A stretch of 64,000 nucleotides of DNA from an uncultured bacterium (GTDB lineage: Bacteria > Actinomycetota > Thermoleophilia > Solirubrobacterales > 70-9), in assembly GCA_963807755.1 (NCBI GenBank), contig CAWECM010000004.1, positions 46,543 to 110,542 on the forward strand, in the 5' to 3' direction. Position 1 is the stretch's first letter. The number at the start of each line of letters is the position of its first letter. The notes beneath the pieces were generated by a model. It made no database searches. It had not been told where the DNA came from and worked only from the letters and a program-made list of their open reading frames with translations. The translations under genes and the position numbers were made by a program. Shown piece by piece: positions 28,013-38,423 of the stretch.

Positions 28013-30362
28013 GTCGTCTCCTCGAGCGCCCGCAGGATCTTCTCCGGAGTGATCGGGAGCTCGGTGATCTGGACTCCGATCGCATCGGTGACGGCGTTGG
28101 CGATGGCCGGGATCGGGGAGTTGGCGGTCATCTCGCCCACTCCCTTCATCCCGAACGGCCCGTTGGCGGAGGGGATCTCGAGGATCGTCGATTCGATCTC
28201 GGGCAGCTCCGCCGCGCCGGGCATGAGGTAGTGGGAGAAGTCGTTGGGCGCGTGGTCGGTCTCCGGGTAGTACGGCGCCGTCGTCTCGTACAGCGCGTGC
28301 GACATGCCCATCCACGTACCCCCCGTGATCTGTCCCTCGACCAGGGCCGGGTTGAGCGCGCGGCCCACCTCGTAGGCGCTCTTGAGGCTCAGCACACGGA
28401 CGTGCCCGGTCTCGGTCTCGACCTCGACCTCGGCGACGGTGCACGCGTGGGCCTCCGTGGAGTCCGGGTCCATCGCCCCCGTCTCAGGGTCGACCTCGCT
28501 CTTCGGCTTCATGTACATGCCCCGCCCCGAGATCGAGCGCCCGTGCTTGAAGTGGGCCGCCAGGGCGACGTCGGCGATCGGAATCGAGCGCTGCGGCACG
28601 CCGACGACCCGGATGTTGCCCTCGCCGTCGGTTTCCACGTCCTCGGGCGCCGCCTCGAGCTCATCGGCCGCGACCTCCAGCAGCACCTCCTTGGCCTCGT
28701 TGGCCGCCGCGATGATCGCGTTCCCCACCCGATGCGTGGCGCGGCTTGCGAAGGTGCCCATGCAATGAGGGCCCGTGTCCGAATCGGCTGTGTCGACCTG
28801 GACGGTCTCGAGCGGGACCCCGAGCGTCTCCGCCCCGATCTGGGCCATGACCGTGCGCAGGCCCTGGCCCAGGTCGACGCTCGAGAGGGTGATCATGAAG
28901 GCACCGGTGGGCGTCGAATGGATCAGCGCCTGGCTCGGATCGCCCCCCAGGTTCATGCCGGTCGGGTAGTTGACCGCCGCCATCCCGCGGCCGCGCAGGA
29001 GCGTCATTTCGCCACCTGCCCGCGGTCGTTCGACGTCATCGCGCGCAGGTCGGCCGAGAGCTCGACGCCGGCCATCTCGGCTGCGCGATGCATGGTCTCG
29101 ACCAGGGTGGCGTCCGCGGTGGTCTTGCCATACGGGCGCTCGTCGCCGTTGCGGTACGCATGGCGCAACCGAAGCTCCCACGGGTCGATCTCCAGCTCAC
29201 GAGCGATCCGGTCCATCTGCATCTCGAGCGAGAACGACGCCTCGGTGACCCCGAAGCCACGCATCGCGCTCGACGGCGTCCGGTTCGTGAAGACGCAGTG
29301 GACGTCGATCGAGACGTTGGGGATCGTGTAGGGCCCGGAGGCGTTGGCCGCGTGTTTGGTGCACCCGTAGGGGGTGTGGCGGCTGTAGGCGCCGGCGTCC
29401 TCGTAGCTCGTCACCTCGCGCGAGACGATCGTGCCGTCGTCCATCACGCCGTCGGTGATGTAGATGCGGTTGGCACTGCGGGTCGAGGAGACCTGCATCT
29501 CCTCCTCGCGCGTGTAGACGTACCGGATCGGGCGGCCCGTTCGCATCGCGGCGAGCGTCGCCAGGGGCTCGACGATGACGTCGACCTTCCCCCCGAAGCC
29601 GCCGCCCACGCTGCCGCCGATGAAGCGCAGCTTGTGCGGTGGGACCTGGAGGATGATCGCGGTGTTGTCGAGACTGAAGAAGATCGCCTGGGTGTTCGTG
29701 TAGACCGTGACGCGCCCGTCGGGCTCGGGCTTGGCGACGCAGCCCGTCGGCTCAATGGGTGCATGCTCGATCGGGCTCATCTGGTAGCGGCCCTTGATCA
29801 CGCGGTCGGCCTGCTCGCGGGCCGCCGGGGCATCGCCGTGGCGAACCCGCCGGCAGTGATGCCCCTCGTAGACGAAGTAGTTCGTGCCCCAGTGGGTGAC
29901 GATCGGCGCCCCCGGCGCGAGCGCCTCCTCGACGTCGAAGACGGCCGGCAGCTCCTCGAGGTCCAGCTCCACCTTGTCCGCCGCCCGGAACGCCGCCGTC
30001 TCGGTCTCCGCCACGACGACCGCGATCGGCTCGCCCTTGTAGCGCACGCGCTCGGCGGCGAGCACCTGCTCCTCGTCGGGTTCGACCCCGATCAGGCAGA
30101 GGATCGTGTAGACGTTCTTCGGGATGTCCGCGGCGGTCAGCGCGGTCACGAAACCGGGCACCCGCTCGGCCGCGGAGAAGTCGATGCCGCGAATCCGCGC
30201 GTGGGCCACCGGACTGCGCACGGCCTTCATGTGGCACATGCGGGGGAAGCTGACGTCCTCGGAGAAGGTCGTCGACCCGGTCACGTGCCCGAGCGCGTCG
30301 CGGCGCTCGTGGGTGCGGCCGATGACGTCGAACGGCTTCGCCCCGTTGCCCGGCGCGCTCAT
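28009..30362 (-). pseudogene. molybdopterin-binding large subunit of a xanthine dehydrogenase/aldehyde oxidase/CoxL-family hydroxylase, one frame break
   Basis: The N-terminal two-thirds is in ORF 29004..30668 from ATG 30360-30362 (MSAPGNGAKPFDVIGR...GGGFGGK...). The C-terminal third is in ORF 28009..29181 (...GMAAVNYPTGMNLGG...GQGLRTVMAQI...GVGEMTANSPIPAIANAV). The frame switch is near 29005-29022. Confidence 0.85.
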
Positions 30363-30850
30363 GCGGACGCCTCCCGGCTCTCGCGCATCCGCTCCGCCGC
30401 GTCGGAAACGGCGGCAATGATCGGCGCGATGCCCGTGCAGCGGCAGACGTTTCCGGAAAGGGCGGCGACGATCTCCTCGGGCGTGGGTTCGAGGTTGCGC
30501 TCCAGAAGCGCCGCCGCCGTCGAAATCATTCCCGGGCTGCAGAACCCGCACTGCGAGGCGAACCCCTCGTGAAAGGCAGCCTGAAGCGCGCTCTGTCCGC
30601 CGGGCCCGCCATGGCCCTCGATCGTCCGCACGGCGCGGTCCTCCGCGTTCTCGACCGGAACCAGGCACGAAAGAGTCGGCTCACCGTCGAGGAGAACGGT
30701 GCAGCTCCCGCATCCGCCCTGGCGACATCCGGCCTTCGTGCCGGTCAGATCCAGGCGCCCGCGCAACACGCTCAGAAGCGTCTCGAGCGGCTCGGCGAGC
30801 ACCGTCACCGGCTCGCCGTTGAGTTCCAAGCTGACGGCCCGGGCGCTCAA
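30359..30850 (-). CDS. (2Fe-2S)-binding small subunit of the molybdenum hydroxylase
   Basis: 163 aa: GCRQGGCGSCTVLLDG...QCGFCSPGM...CRCTG cysteine clusters. Confidence 0.93.
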   Translation of the reverse strand: MSARAVSLELNGEPVTVLAEPLETLLSVLRGRLDLTGTKAGCRQGGCGSCTVLLDGEPTLSCLVPVENAEDRAVRTIEGHGGPGGQSALQAAFHEGFASQCGFCSPGMISTAAALLERNLEPTPEEIVAALSGNVCRCTGIAPIIAAVSDAAERMRESREASA

Positions 30851-31671
30851 CCAGCCTCCCCCTCCAGAGCCCTTTCGAGCGCGCGCCTCATATGGACTCT
30901 GATCATCCGGGCGCGATACCAGGCACTTGCCACCGCGTCGTCGACGGTTTCGACCGCGCCGGCCGCCGCCTCGACGGCCGCCTCGACGGCCGCCCCGTCG
31001 CCCGGCGAACCCACGAGCGCGTCCTCGGCTCCGATGGCGCGCAACGCCCGCGGCCCGACGGCGTTGAGCGCGATTCGCGCCTCGCTGATGGTGCCGCCCT
31101 CGCTGCGCAGGCGAGCAGCGACGCTGACCACCGGGGGCGCACCCGCGGCCAACCGCGCGCAGCGCTCGAAGCTGACGGTTCCGGCATGCCCGGGGATCAC
31201 GATCTCGGTCAGGAGCTCGCCCGCGAGCGGCCGGTTGCCCTCCAGGGCTTCGGAGAGCGGGATCCGTTCCGGGCCGGGGGCGCCGGCGAGCGTGATCTCC
31301 GCGTCGAGCGCCAGGAGGACCGGGACCAGGTCGCCGTAGGGGCGAGAGACCAGCAGGTTGCCGCCGATCGTCGCGGTCGTTCGGAGCGGCCAGCCGCCGA
31401 TCGACCGAGCGGCTGCCGCCAGCGCCGGGACTTCGTCCAACTCGGCCACCACCTGCAGCGGTGTCATGGCGCCCAGCGTGAGTGCCCCGTTTCGATTCAC
31501 GCCATCGAGCCCGGCCCGCGCGAGGCCGATCACCCGGCGACCGTTCAGCTCACCGACGGTCGCTCGCGGAACGATGGTAGTGCCGCCGCCCATGACGATG
31601 GCCGCGGGGTCCTCGGCCACGAGCCTCACGGCTTCCTCCGGCGTGCTGGCGAGCACGTAATCCCGCACCAA
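30847..31671 (-). CDS. FAD-binding medium subunit of the molybdenum hydroxylase
   Basis: 274 aa: VMGGGTTIVP...ATIGGNL (FAD_binding_5 pattern). Probable TTG start with an AGGAGGAG Shine-Dalgarno sequence. Confidence 0.88.
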   Translation of the reverse strand: MVRDYVLASTPEEAVRLVAEDPAAIVMGGGTTIVPRATVGELNGRRVIGLARAGLDGVNRNGALTLGAMTPLQVVAELDEVPALAAAARSIGGWPLRTTATIGGNLLVSRPYGDLVPVLLALDAEITLAGAPGPERIPLSEALEGNRPLAGELLTEIVIPGHAGTVSFERCARLAAGAPPVVSVAARLRSEGGTISEARIALNAVGPRALRAIGAEDALVGSPGDGAAVEAAVEAAAGAVETVDDAVASAWYRARMIRVHMRRALERALEGEAG

Positions 31672-31755
31672 GACCGCTCACTCCTCCTGGCTCAGTGGTC
31701 AAGTGGTCTGACCGATTCAACCTATACGCGTGAACGTCCGAGTGTCGGGCGGGTG

Positions 31756-33288
31756 TTACTCGACGATCTCGGCCTCGGGCGCCTTGCCGCGGGGGAGGCC
31801 GATCAGGGCGACGAGGAACGCGACGGCCATCGCCCCCGCCATGACGTAGAAGACCGTCTGGGACGAGAGGGCGAACGCGTCCTGCACCGCCTGGAACTGG
31901 GCCGCGCTCGCATGCCCGGTCGCGTCCCCGGTCCCGGCGCTGTGCTGGCTGAGCGAGTTTGCGACCTCGAGCGCGTCGGCGTGCGGCACGTGGTCCGAGC
32001 CCGTCAGGGAGGTCAGCTTGTCCACCACGTTGGTCCGGTTCTGCGAGATCAGGAGAGTGCCGAGCACGGCGAGCCCGAGGCTCGCGCCCAGGTTGCGGGC
32101 CGTCTGTGTGATTCCCGTGACCTCGCCGTAGCTGGTCCCGGGCGCCCGGTTGAGCGCGTCCGTGGAGATCGGTCCGAGGATCAGCCCGGTCCCGGCCCCC
32201 GCAAGGACGACCCGCCACCAGCCGCCGCCGTCGCTGTAGGCGATGTCGGGCATCGTCTTCGCCCAGAGGAAGAAGCCGACCGCGGCGATCGCGCAGCCGG
32301 GCACCGCCGCGGCCTTCGCGCCCCGGGTATCGAGGAGCCGGCCTCCCCACTGCGCCGCGATCACGTACCCGATGAAGAAGATGCCGAGGTAGAGGCCCGC
32401 CTGCGAGGCGTCATCGCCGAGCGAGATCTGCGAGTACATGCTCGCGTAGAGGAACATCGGGACGAACGCGATCGAGATCAGGAAGAGGACCGCATTGTCG
32501 GTCGAGAACGCCCGGTTGGCGAACGTGCGGACCTGGATCAGCGGGCTCTTCGTCCCAAGCTGTGCGAAGACGAACACGACCATCAGGAGCACTCCGAGGG
32601 CAATCGATCCGATCGTCTTGAGATCGTCCCAGCCCCACGTGCTCGACTGTTGGAGGCCGAGCACGAGCAGGCCCATGCCGAGCGCGAACAGAACCGTTCC
32701 CCGGTAGTCGAGCGGCGCGGGCCGGCGATGGTCGTCCGGCTTCGAGCGCAGCGTCAGCACGACCGACGCGATCGCAACGGGGATGTTGATCCAGAAGATC
32801 GCGCGCCAGGAGATGTCGATCAAATAGCCCCCCGCCAGCGGGCCGAGCGCCGTCATGCCGCCGGCGACGCCGAAGAAGATCGCCAACGCCTTGCCGCGCT
32901 CATCCTGCGGGTAGGCGCCGACGACGATCGCCAGCGCGGCCGGGAACATGATCGCCGCACCCGCTCCCTGGATGATCCGAAAGACGATGAGCCAGGCTTC
33001 CGCGATCGAGGTGTCCGGCGTGGCGCCGCAGAGCGCCGAGGCGCCCGCGAAGATGCCGATCCCGAGCAGGACCATTCGCCGCCGGCCCGCGATGTCGGCG
33101 AGCCGGCCACCGAAGGCGAACAGCGCGGCGAGCGCCAGGAGATACCCGTTCACGATCCACTGCGCACCGGTGGCCGAGAGCCCCACGTCGTCCTGGATGT
33201 CGGGAACCGCGATCGAGACGATCGTCTGGTCGATGAACGTCATCGACACCGTGAAGATCATCGCGACCAGCACGAGCCTCTTGTTCAT
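31756..33288 (-). CDS. MFS transporter, DHA2 (EmrB/QacA, 14-TMS) family
   Basis: 510 aa: MIFTVSMTFIDQTIVSIAVPDIQ...WIVNGYLLALAALFAFGGRLADIAGRRR. Confidence 0.9.
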   Translation of the reverse strand: MNKRLVLVAMIFTVSMTFIDQTIVSIAVPDIQDDVGLSATGAQWIVNGYLLALAALFAFGGRLADIAGRRRMVLLGIGIFAGASALCGATPDTSIAEAWLIVFRIIQGAGAAIMFPAALAIVVGAYPQDERGKALAIFFGVAGGMTALGPLAGGYLIDISWRAIFWINIPVAIASVVLTLRSKPDDHRRPAPLDYRGTVLFALGMGLLVLGLQQSSTWGWDDLKTIGSIALGVLLMVVFVFAQLGTKSPLIQVRTFANRAFSTDNAVLFLISIAFVPMFLYASMYSQISLGDDASQAGLYLGIFFIGYVIAAQWGGRLLDTRGAKAAAVPGCAIAAVGFFLWAKTMPDIAYSDGGGWWRVVLAGAGTGLILGPISTDALNRAPGTSYGEVTGITQTARNLGASLGLAVLGTLLISQNRTNVVDKLTSLTGSDHVPHADALEVANSLSQHSAGTGDATGHASAAQFQAVQDAFALSSQTVFYVMAGAMAVAFLVALIGLPRGKAPEAEIVE

Positions 33289-33406
33289 CCCCCGGATGCC
33301 TCCGCCACTTGTGCCCTCCCTCGCCTGAACCCTCGCGCGGGATCATATGGTGGGAGCGGCGAAGGCGCCTACCGGTCCGGCACCCCCGTTCGGTCCTCGC
33401 AGCCGC

Positions 33407-33637
33407 CTACTCCCAGGCGTCGTTTGTGGCAGCCCAGTCGAGGTGTTCGGTCCAGCTCGGATCCACGGCCTCCAGCGCCAGCTCGAAGGCGATCGGCATC
33501 CTCTCCGCCGTCAGGTCGTAGTTGCGGGCGCCGGCGAGCTCCACGCCATACGGGCGTGCCCCTGTCGCCTCCTCGAAACGGTCGAGCAGACACCCCCCAT
33601 GGTCCGACAGCGGAACCAGCTCGATGGTCGTGGCCAT
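33407..33637 (-). CDS. hypothetical protein (76 aa)
   Basis: ATG ORF with plausible codon bias. No family recognised. Confidence 0.45.
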   Translation of the reverse strand: MATTIELVPLSDHGGCLLDRFEEATGARPYGVELAGARNYDLTAERMPIAFELALEAVDPSWTEHLDWAATNDAWE

Positions 33638-33791
33638 CTCGCCGTGAGACTACTCCCCCGATTGCAAGGGATGGCCTTATTTATGAGGAGTACCCTCGGC
33701 GGAGCAGGGAACAACCGCCGTTCGAGACTCCTTTGCTCTCCCTCCCTTGATCGCGCGGCCTCGTATGAGGCAGAGCTGAAGGGAGCCCGCG

Positions 33792-34109
33792 ATGGGCGAT
33801 GAGGATCCTGGGCGTGCAGCCCAGCCGCAGCCGTTCGAGGTCAGGACGGCGAGGCAGGACGGCCACTGGGTCGTGGCGGTACAGGGGGAGATCGATCTCG
33901 CCACCGTCGGAACCCTCGAGGCCTACCTGAACGGCGTGAGTGGGCCGGTCGTTCTCGACCTGGGCGCGGTGACCTTCATCGACAGCATGGGATTGACCCT
34001 GTTGCTGCGGGCTACCAAGAACGGGCTCGCGGTTCGCGAGGTTTCCCATCAGGTGCGCCGGCTGCTCGACCAGTGCGGCTTGGCGACCGAGCTTCGCTAC
34101 GCCGACTGA
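33792..34109 (+). CDS. STAS domain protein (anti-sigma-factor antagonist type)
   Basis: 105 aa: VVAVQGEIDLATVGTLEAYL...VVLDLGAVTFIDSMGLTLLL. Confidence 0.8.
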   Translation: MGDEDPGRAAQPQPFEVRTARQDGHWVVAVQGEIDLATVGTLEAYLNGVSGPVVLDLGAVTFIDSMGLTLLLRATKNGLAVREVSHQVRRLLDQCGLATELRYAD

Positions 34110-34137
34110 GCGCCTCCCCCTGGATCCGGTTTCCCAG

Positions 34138-34208
34138 AGGCGCCTACCGGAATCGAACCGGTGTAAACGGCTTTGCAGGCCGCTGCGTAACCACTCCGCC
34201 AAGGCGCC
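34138..34208 (-). tRNA. tRNA-Cys (anticodon GCA)
   Basis: Folded by hand: GGCGCCT/AGGCGCC acceptor, GCGGC-CTGCAAA-GCCGT anticodon arm, ACCGG-TTCGATT-CCGGT T arm. 71 nt. Confidence 0.88.
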
Positions 34209-34245
34209 GGGCGTGGGCAAGGGTACCGAGGGATAGGGTCCCGCC

Positions 34246-35076
34246 ATGGCCGCGCCGGTGCTGCGCAACGAGGGTCCGATCGCGTTCCGCGAGGCGCCCG
34301 CGCCGGGCACCGAGAGCGGTGATCCGGTGCTGCTGGTGCACGGCTTTCCCGAGAGCTCGCGCATGTGGGCTCCGCTGATGGGCGCGCTGTCCGAGGCCGG
34401 CCGCCGCTGCGTGGCGCCGGACCTGTACTGCCTGGGGGCGTCGAGCGATCCCGGACCGGCGACGTTCGAGCGGAACCTCGAGGCGCTCGGCGCCCTCCAC
34501 TCCGAGCTCGAGCTCGGGCGGGTCGCGCTGGTGGTCCATGACTGGGGCGGGTTCGTCGGCCTCGCCTGGGCCTGCGAGCGCTCTGACCTGGTGTCGGCCC
34601 TGGTGATCAGCGACACGGGCTTCTTCGCCGACGGCCGCTGGCACGGTATGGCCGAGGCGGTGCGGGGCGACCAGGGCGAGGCGCTGGTCGGTGCGCTCGA
34701 CCGCGACGGCTTCGTCGCCCTGCTGACCGCCGGCGGCGCGACGTTCAGCGAGGAGGACCTGGACGAGTACTGGCGGCCGTTCGAGCGCGGGCGCGGGCGC
34801 GCCGCGACGCTCGAGTTCTACCGCTCGATGGATTTCGCGAAATTGGCTCCGTACGAGGGCAAGCTCGGCGAGCTGGGTGTTCCGACGCTGCTCCTCTGGG
34901 GCGCCGAGGACGAGTTCGCGCCGATCGGCGGCGCCCATCGCTTCGCCAGGGAGATCCCGAACGCGCGCCTGGTCGCTCTCGCGGGCGCCGGGCATTTCGT
35001 CTACGACCAGGAGCGTGGCGCGACCACCGCAGAGGTCGCCGCGTTTCTTGCGGCTGCACCGGAACCGGATCGCTAG
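34246..35076 (+). CDS. alpha/beta hydrolase (haloalkane dehalogenase/epoxide hydrolase-like)
   Basis: 276 aa: VLLVHGFPESSRMW...LVVHDWGG...GAGHFV. Confidence 0.85.
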   Translation: MAAPVLRNEGPIAFREAPAPGTESGDPVLLVHGFPESSRMWAPLMGALSEAGRRCVAPDLYCLGASSDPGPATFERNLEALGALHSELELGRVALVVHDWGGFVGLAWACERSDLVSALVISDTGFFADGRWHGMAEAVRGDQGEALVGALDRDGFVALLTAGGATFSEEDLDEYWRPFERGRGRAATLEFYRSMDFAKLAPYEGKLGELGVPTLLLWGAEDEFAPIGGAHRFAREIPNARLVALAGAGHFVYDQERGATTAEVAAFLAAAPEPDR

Positions 35077-35126
35077 AGCCCGTCAGCTAGAGTCGCCCAC
35101 GGGACCCATGAAGGGAGGGTCGCCGG

Positions 35127-37313
35127 ATGGAAGCGGGTACCGGCGCCGGGCTTGGACGCACCCCGAATCGGACGAGGACGATCGCGAGTTTCGTGCTCGC
35201 GGGGCTCGCCGGCGTGCTCGTGTTCCTGGGAGCGATTCTCCTCTACGCGCGCGAGGAGATCATCGACGAGGGTGCCTTCGCGAACAACGCGGCGGAGGCC
35301 CTCCAGGACGATGCGGTCCGGAACGTGGTCGCAACCGAGCTGGTCGTGGGCCTCATCGAACAGGGCTCGCCGGATCTGATCGCGGGCCGGCCGCTGCTCG
35401 AGACCGTCGTCGGCACGGTCCTGGACACCGCGCCGTTCCGCCAGGTGTTCCGCCAGGCGGCGAAGGAGTCCAACCGCCTGCTCTTCGTGCGCGACAAGAC
35501 CAGCGTCGCCTTCGACCTGAAGGACGCGCTGGAGGTGATCCGGTTCGCGCTGCAATCGTCCTCGCCACAGCTCGCCGAGTCGCTGCCGAAATCGCTCGAT
35601 GCAACGCTCCTGAAGCTTCAGGGGCGCGACTTCGCCCGCTCGAGCCTGGACGTCGCGGACAAAGTGCGGACGCTCGGCATCATCGCTCCGATCGCCGCCC
35701 TGCTCGCATTGGTGCTTTCCGTGGTGGTCGCAACCGATCGGCGGACCGGGGTGCTGCGGGCGGCGCTCGCGGTGGCCGCAGCCGGGACCACGCTCGCGAT
35801 CAGCTATCAGATCCTGTACGACCGGACCCTGGCCGGGGTCGTGGGCGGCGATGAGCTGACGGACGAAGAGCTCCGGGACGCCGTCGGCGGGATCTTCGAT
35901 GCGTTCACCGGCGGCCTGTTCACATGGGGCCTCCTGCTCGCGTTCACGGGCCTCGTGATCGCGGGCGCCGCCGCCGTGGCCGACCCGGTGCGCGGCGATC
36001 CAACGGAACGTCTCCGTGAGCGGGTGACGCGCCGCCCGACCACCACTTGGGGGCTGACGCTCCGCGGCATCGTGGCCGTGGCGGCTGGCTTCGTCGTCGC
36101 GCTCGAACCGGACCTTGCGCTCCGGCTGATCGCCCTGCTGATCGGCGCCTGGCTGGTCTACTTCGGGAGCGCCGAGCTGCTCAGCCTGCTCCAGCCGACC
36201 GATACCGACGAGGAGAGCCACGAGGCCGTCCGGCGGCGAACCTTTGCCCGGACGGGGATCGCCGGCGCGGTTGCGGCGGCTGTCGTGATCGCCGCGGTGA
36301 TCGTGATCACCTCGGGCGACGAGGGATCCCGGGCGCAGTCCGTCCCGCGCGAGGGATGCAACGGCTCGGTCGAGCTCTGCGACCTGCGTCTGGGCAACGT
36401 CGTCTTCGCCGGGACCCACAACTCGTTCTCGGCCGCCGACAGCCCGGGCTGGTTCATCGCGAACCAGAAGAACACGATCGAGCGGCAGCTGCAGGACGGG
36501 ATCCGCCTGTTCCTGATCGACACCCATTGGGGCGTCGAGGACGAACAGGGGCGCGTGCGAACGGACTTCGAGTCCGAGGGCCGCGAGCGCAACAAGGTCG
36601 TGAGCGCGCTGCCACCCGAGACCCTCGCCGCCGCCGAGCGCCTCGCGGGCAGCGTCGGCGTTCGCTCCGAGTCGGGCGGCGAGCGCGCCGTCTGGCTCTG
36701 CCACACGGTCTGCGAGCTCGGGGCCACGCGCATCGACGACACGCTGCTCGAGTTCCGCGACTTCCTCGAGGCGAACCCGGGCGAGGTCGTGATCCTGTTC
36801 ATCGAGCCGTACGTGCTCCCGAGGAGATCGAGAAGGCGTTCCAGCCGCGGGCCTCGACGAGTACGTGGACGAGCTCGACCGCGACGCGCCGCTCCCCACG
36901 CTCGGCGAGATCGTCCGCGCGGGGCGCCGGCTGATCGTGTTCACCGAGAAGGACGCCGACCCGGCCGTTCCCTGGTACCTCGACGGCTTCTCGTTCATCC
37001 AGGACACGCCGCTCGGGGCGAAGACGGTCGACCAGCTGAGCTGCGACCTGAACCGCGGTGACGCCGACAGCCCGTTCCTGATGCTGAACCACTGGGCCGA
37101 TGTCTTCCCGCCGCAGCGGGGAGCGAACGCAGCCCTTCCACAGGAAGCAGGAGGTGATCCGCCGGGCGCATCAGTGCGAGCGGGAACGGGGCCTGCCGGT
37201 GAGCCTGATCGCCACCGATCACTACGACGACGGCAGCTTCATCGAGGCGGTTGACAAACTGAACGAGGAGCGGATGCGAGGCGAACGGGGGGAACGGATG
37301 GCTGACGAGATGA
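35127..37313 (+). pseudogene. membrane-anchored protein with C-terminal PI-PLC X-domain-like phosphodiesterase module; at least four frame breaks in its last ~500 nt
   Basis: ORF 35127..37061 gives the TM-rich N-terminal half and CNGSVELCDLRLGNVVFAGTHNSFS...IRLFLIDTHWG...VVILFIEPYV. The protein then continues through other frames as PEEIEKAFQ, then LDEYVDELDRDAPLPTLGEIVRAGRRLIVFTEKD...LMLNHWADVFPPQR, then FHRKQEVIRRAHQCERERGLPVSLIATDHYDDGSFIEAVDKLNEE. Switches are near 36818, 36848, 37133 and the G6 run 37287-37292. With G5 the frame ends in a TGA that overlaps the next ATG. Confidence 0.65.
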
Positions 37314-38423
37314 AGGTGCTCTACGGGGTGAACGGCGAGGGGATGGGCCATGCGACCCGCTCCGAGGTCGTGATCGACGCCCTGCTCGAGCGCCACGACG
37401 TGCGCGTGGTGGCCGGGGGCGCCGCGTTCAAGTACCTGAGCGGGCGCCTCCCCCGCGTGGACGAGATCTTCGGCCCCTCGTTCGCTCTGGATGAGGGCGA
37501 GATCCGGCGATGGGCGTCGGTGCGCCAGAGCCTCCACGACGCCCGGCTCGAGCTCCCGGACACGATGCGGCATTGGATGTCGCTGGTCCACGAATGGCGG
37601 CCCGACGTCGTGATCACCGACTTCGAGCCGCTGGCCGGGGTGTACGCGCGCAGCACCCGGACTCCGCTGATCGCGATCGACAACATCCACATGCTCGTCC
37701 GCTGCCACCACGACGAGCAGATCGTCGGCGCCCAGCACTCGGATTTCATGCTGGCGTGCGGCGTCACCCGGGCGATGGTGCCCGGCGCGGTCTCCTACAT
37801 CGTGACCACGTTCTTCGACGCGCCGGTCGCCTACGGCGGGACGACCTTGGTGCCGCCGATCCTCCGACCCGAGATCATCGCCGCCGAGAGCACGCGGGGC
37901 GAGCACCTGCTCGTCTACTCGAGCGGCGAGGAGGAGCTGCTCGCGAACCTCCGGCGCTCGGGGCTGCCCTGCCGCGTCTATGGGATGCGCGGCGACCGTT
38001 CGGCCGAGGACGTCGGAGGACGGGAACCTGGAGTTCCGGCCGCACTCGAACGAGGGGTTCGTTGCGGACCTCGCGAGCGCCCGCGCGGTCATCGCCGGCG
38101 GCGGCTTCTCGCTTCTGAGCGAGGCGGTGTACCTCGGAAAGCCGGTGCTGTCGGTTCCGCTGCACGGCCAGTTCGAGCAGCTCATGAACGCCCGGTATCT
38201 CGAGCGCAGCGGCTACGGGCTCTGCGCGACGGAGGTGACCCCCGAGGTCCTGGACGGCTTCGTCGGCCGGATCGACGAGTTCGACGAGGCGCTCGCCGGC
38301 TACCAGCAGGAGGGCAACGCGATCCCGGTCGCGACCGTGGAGGCCCACGCCGAGGCGGCGGTCGCCGCACAACCGAAAGAGCTGCGCCGGGAGCGCCGCC
38401 GGAGCAGAAGGAGGATGAAGTGA
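37310..38423 (+). pseudogene. glycosyltransferase, TIGR00661 (MJ1255)/GT28-like family, one frame break
   Basis: MKVLYGVNGEGMGHATRSEVV... (frame of ORF 37100..39151) continues after about 38015 in ORF 37980..38423 (...EDGNLEFRPHSNEGFVADLASARAVIAGGGFSLLSEAVYLGKPVLSVPLHGQFEQ). Removing one G at 38015-38016 joins them. Confidence 0.7.

Noticed and set aside
33681-34616. 311-aa minus-strand ORF spanning tRNA-Cys and the start of the alpha/beta hydrolase.
   Set aside because: It overlaps a well-folding tRNA and a conserved plus-strand gene, and the sequence is low complexity.
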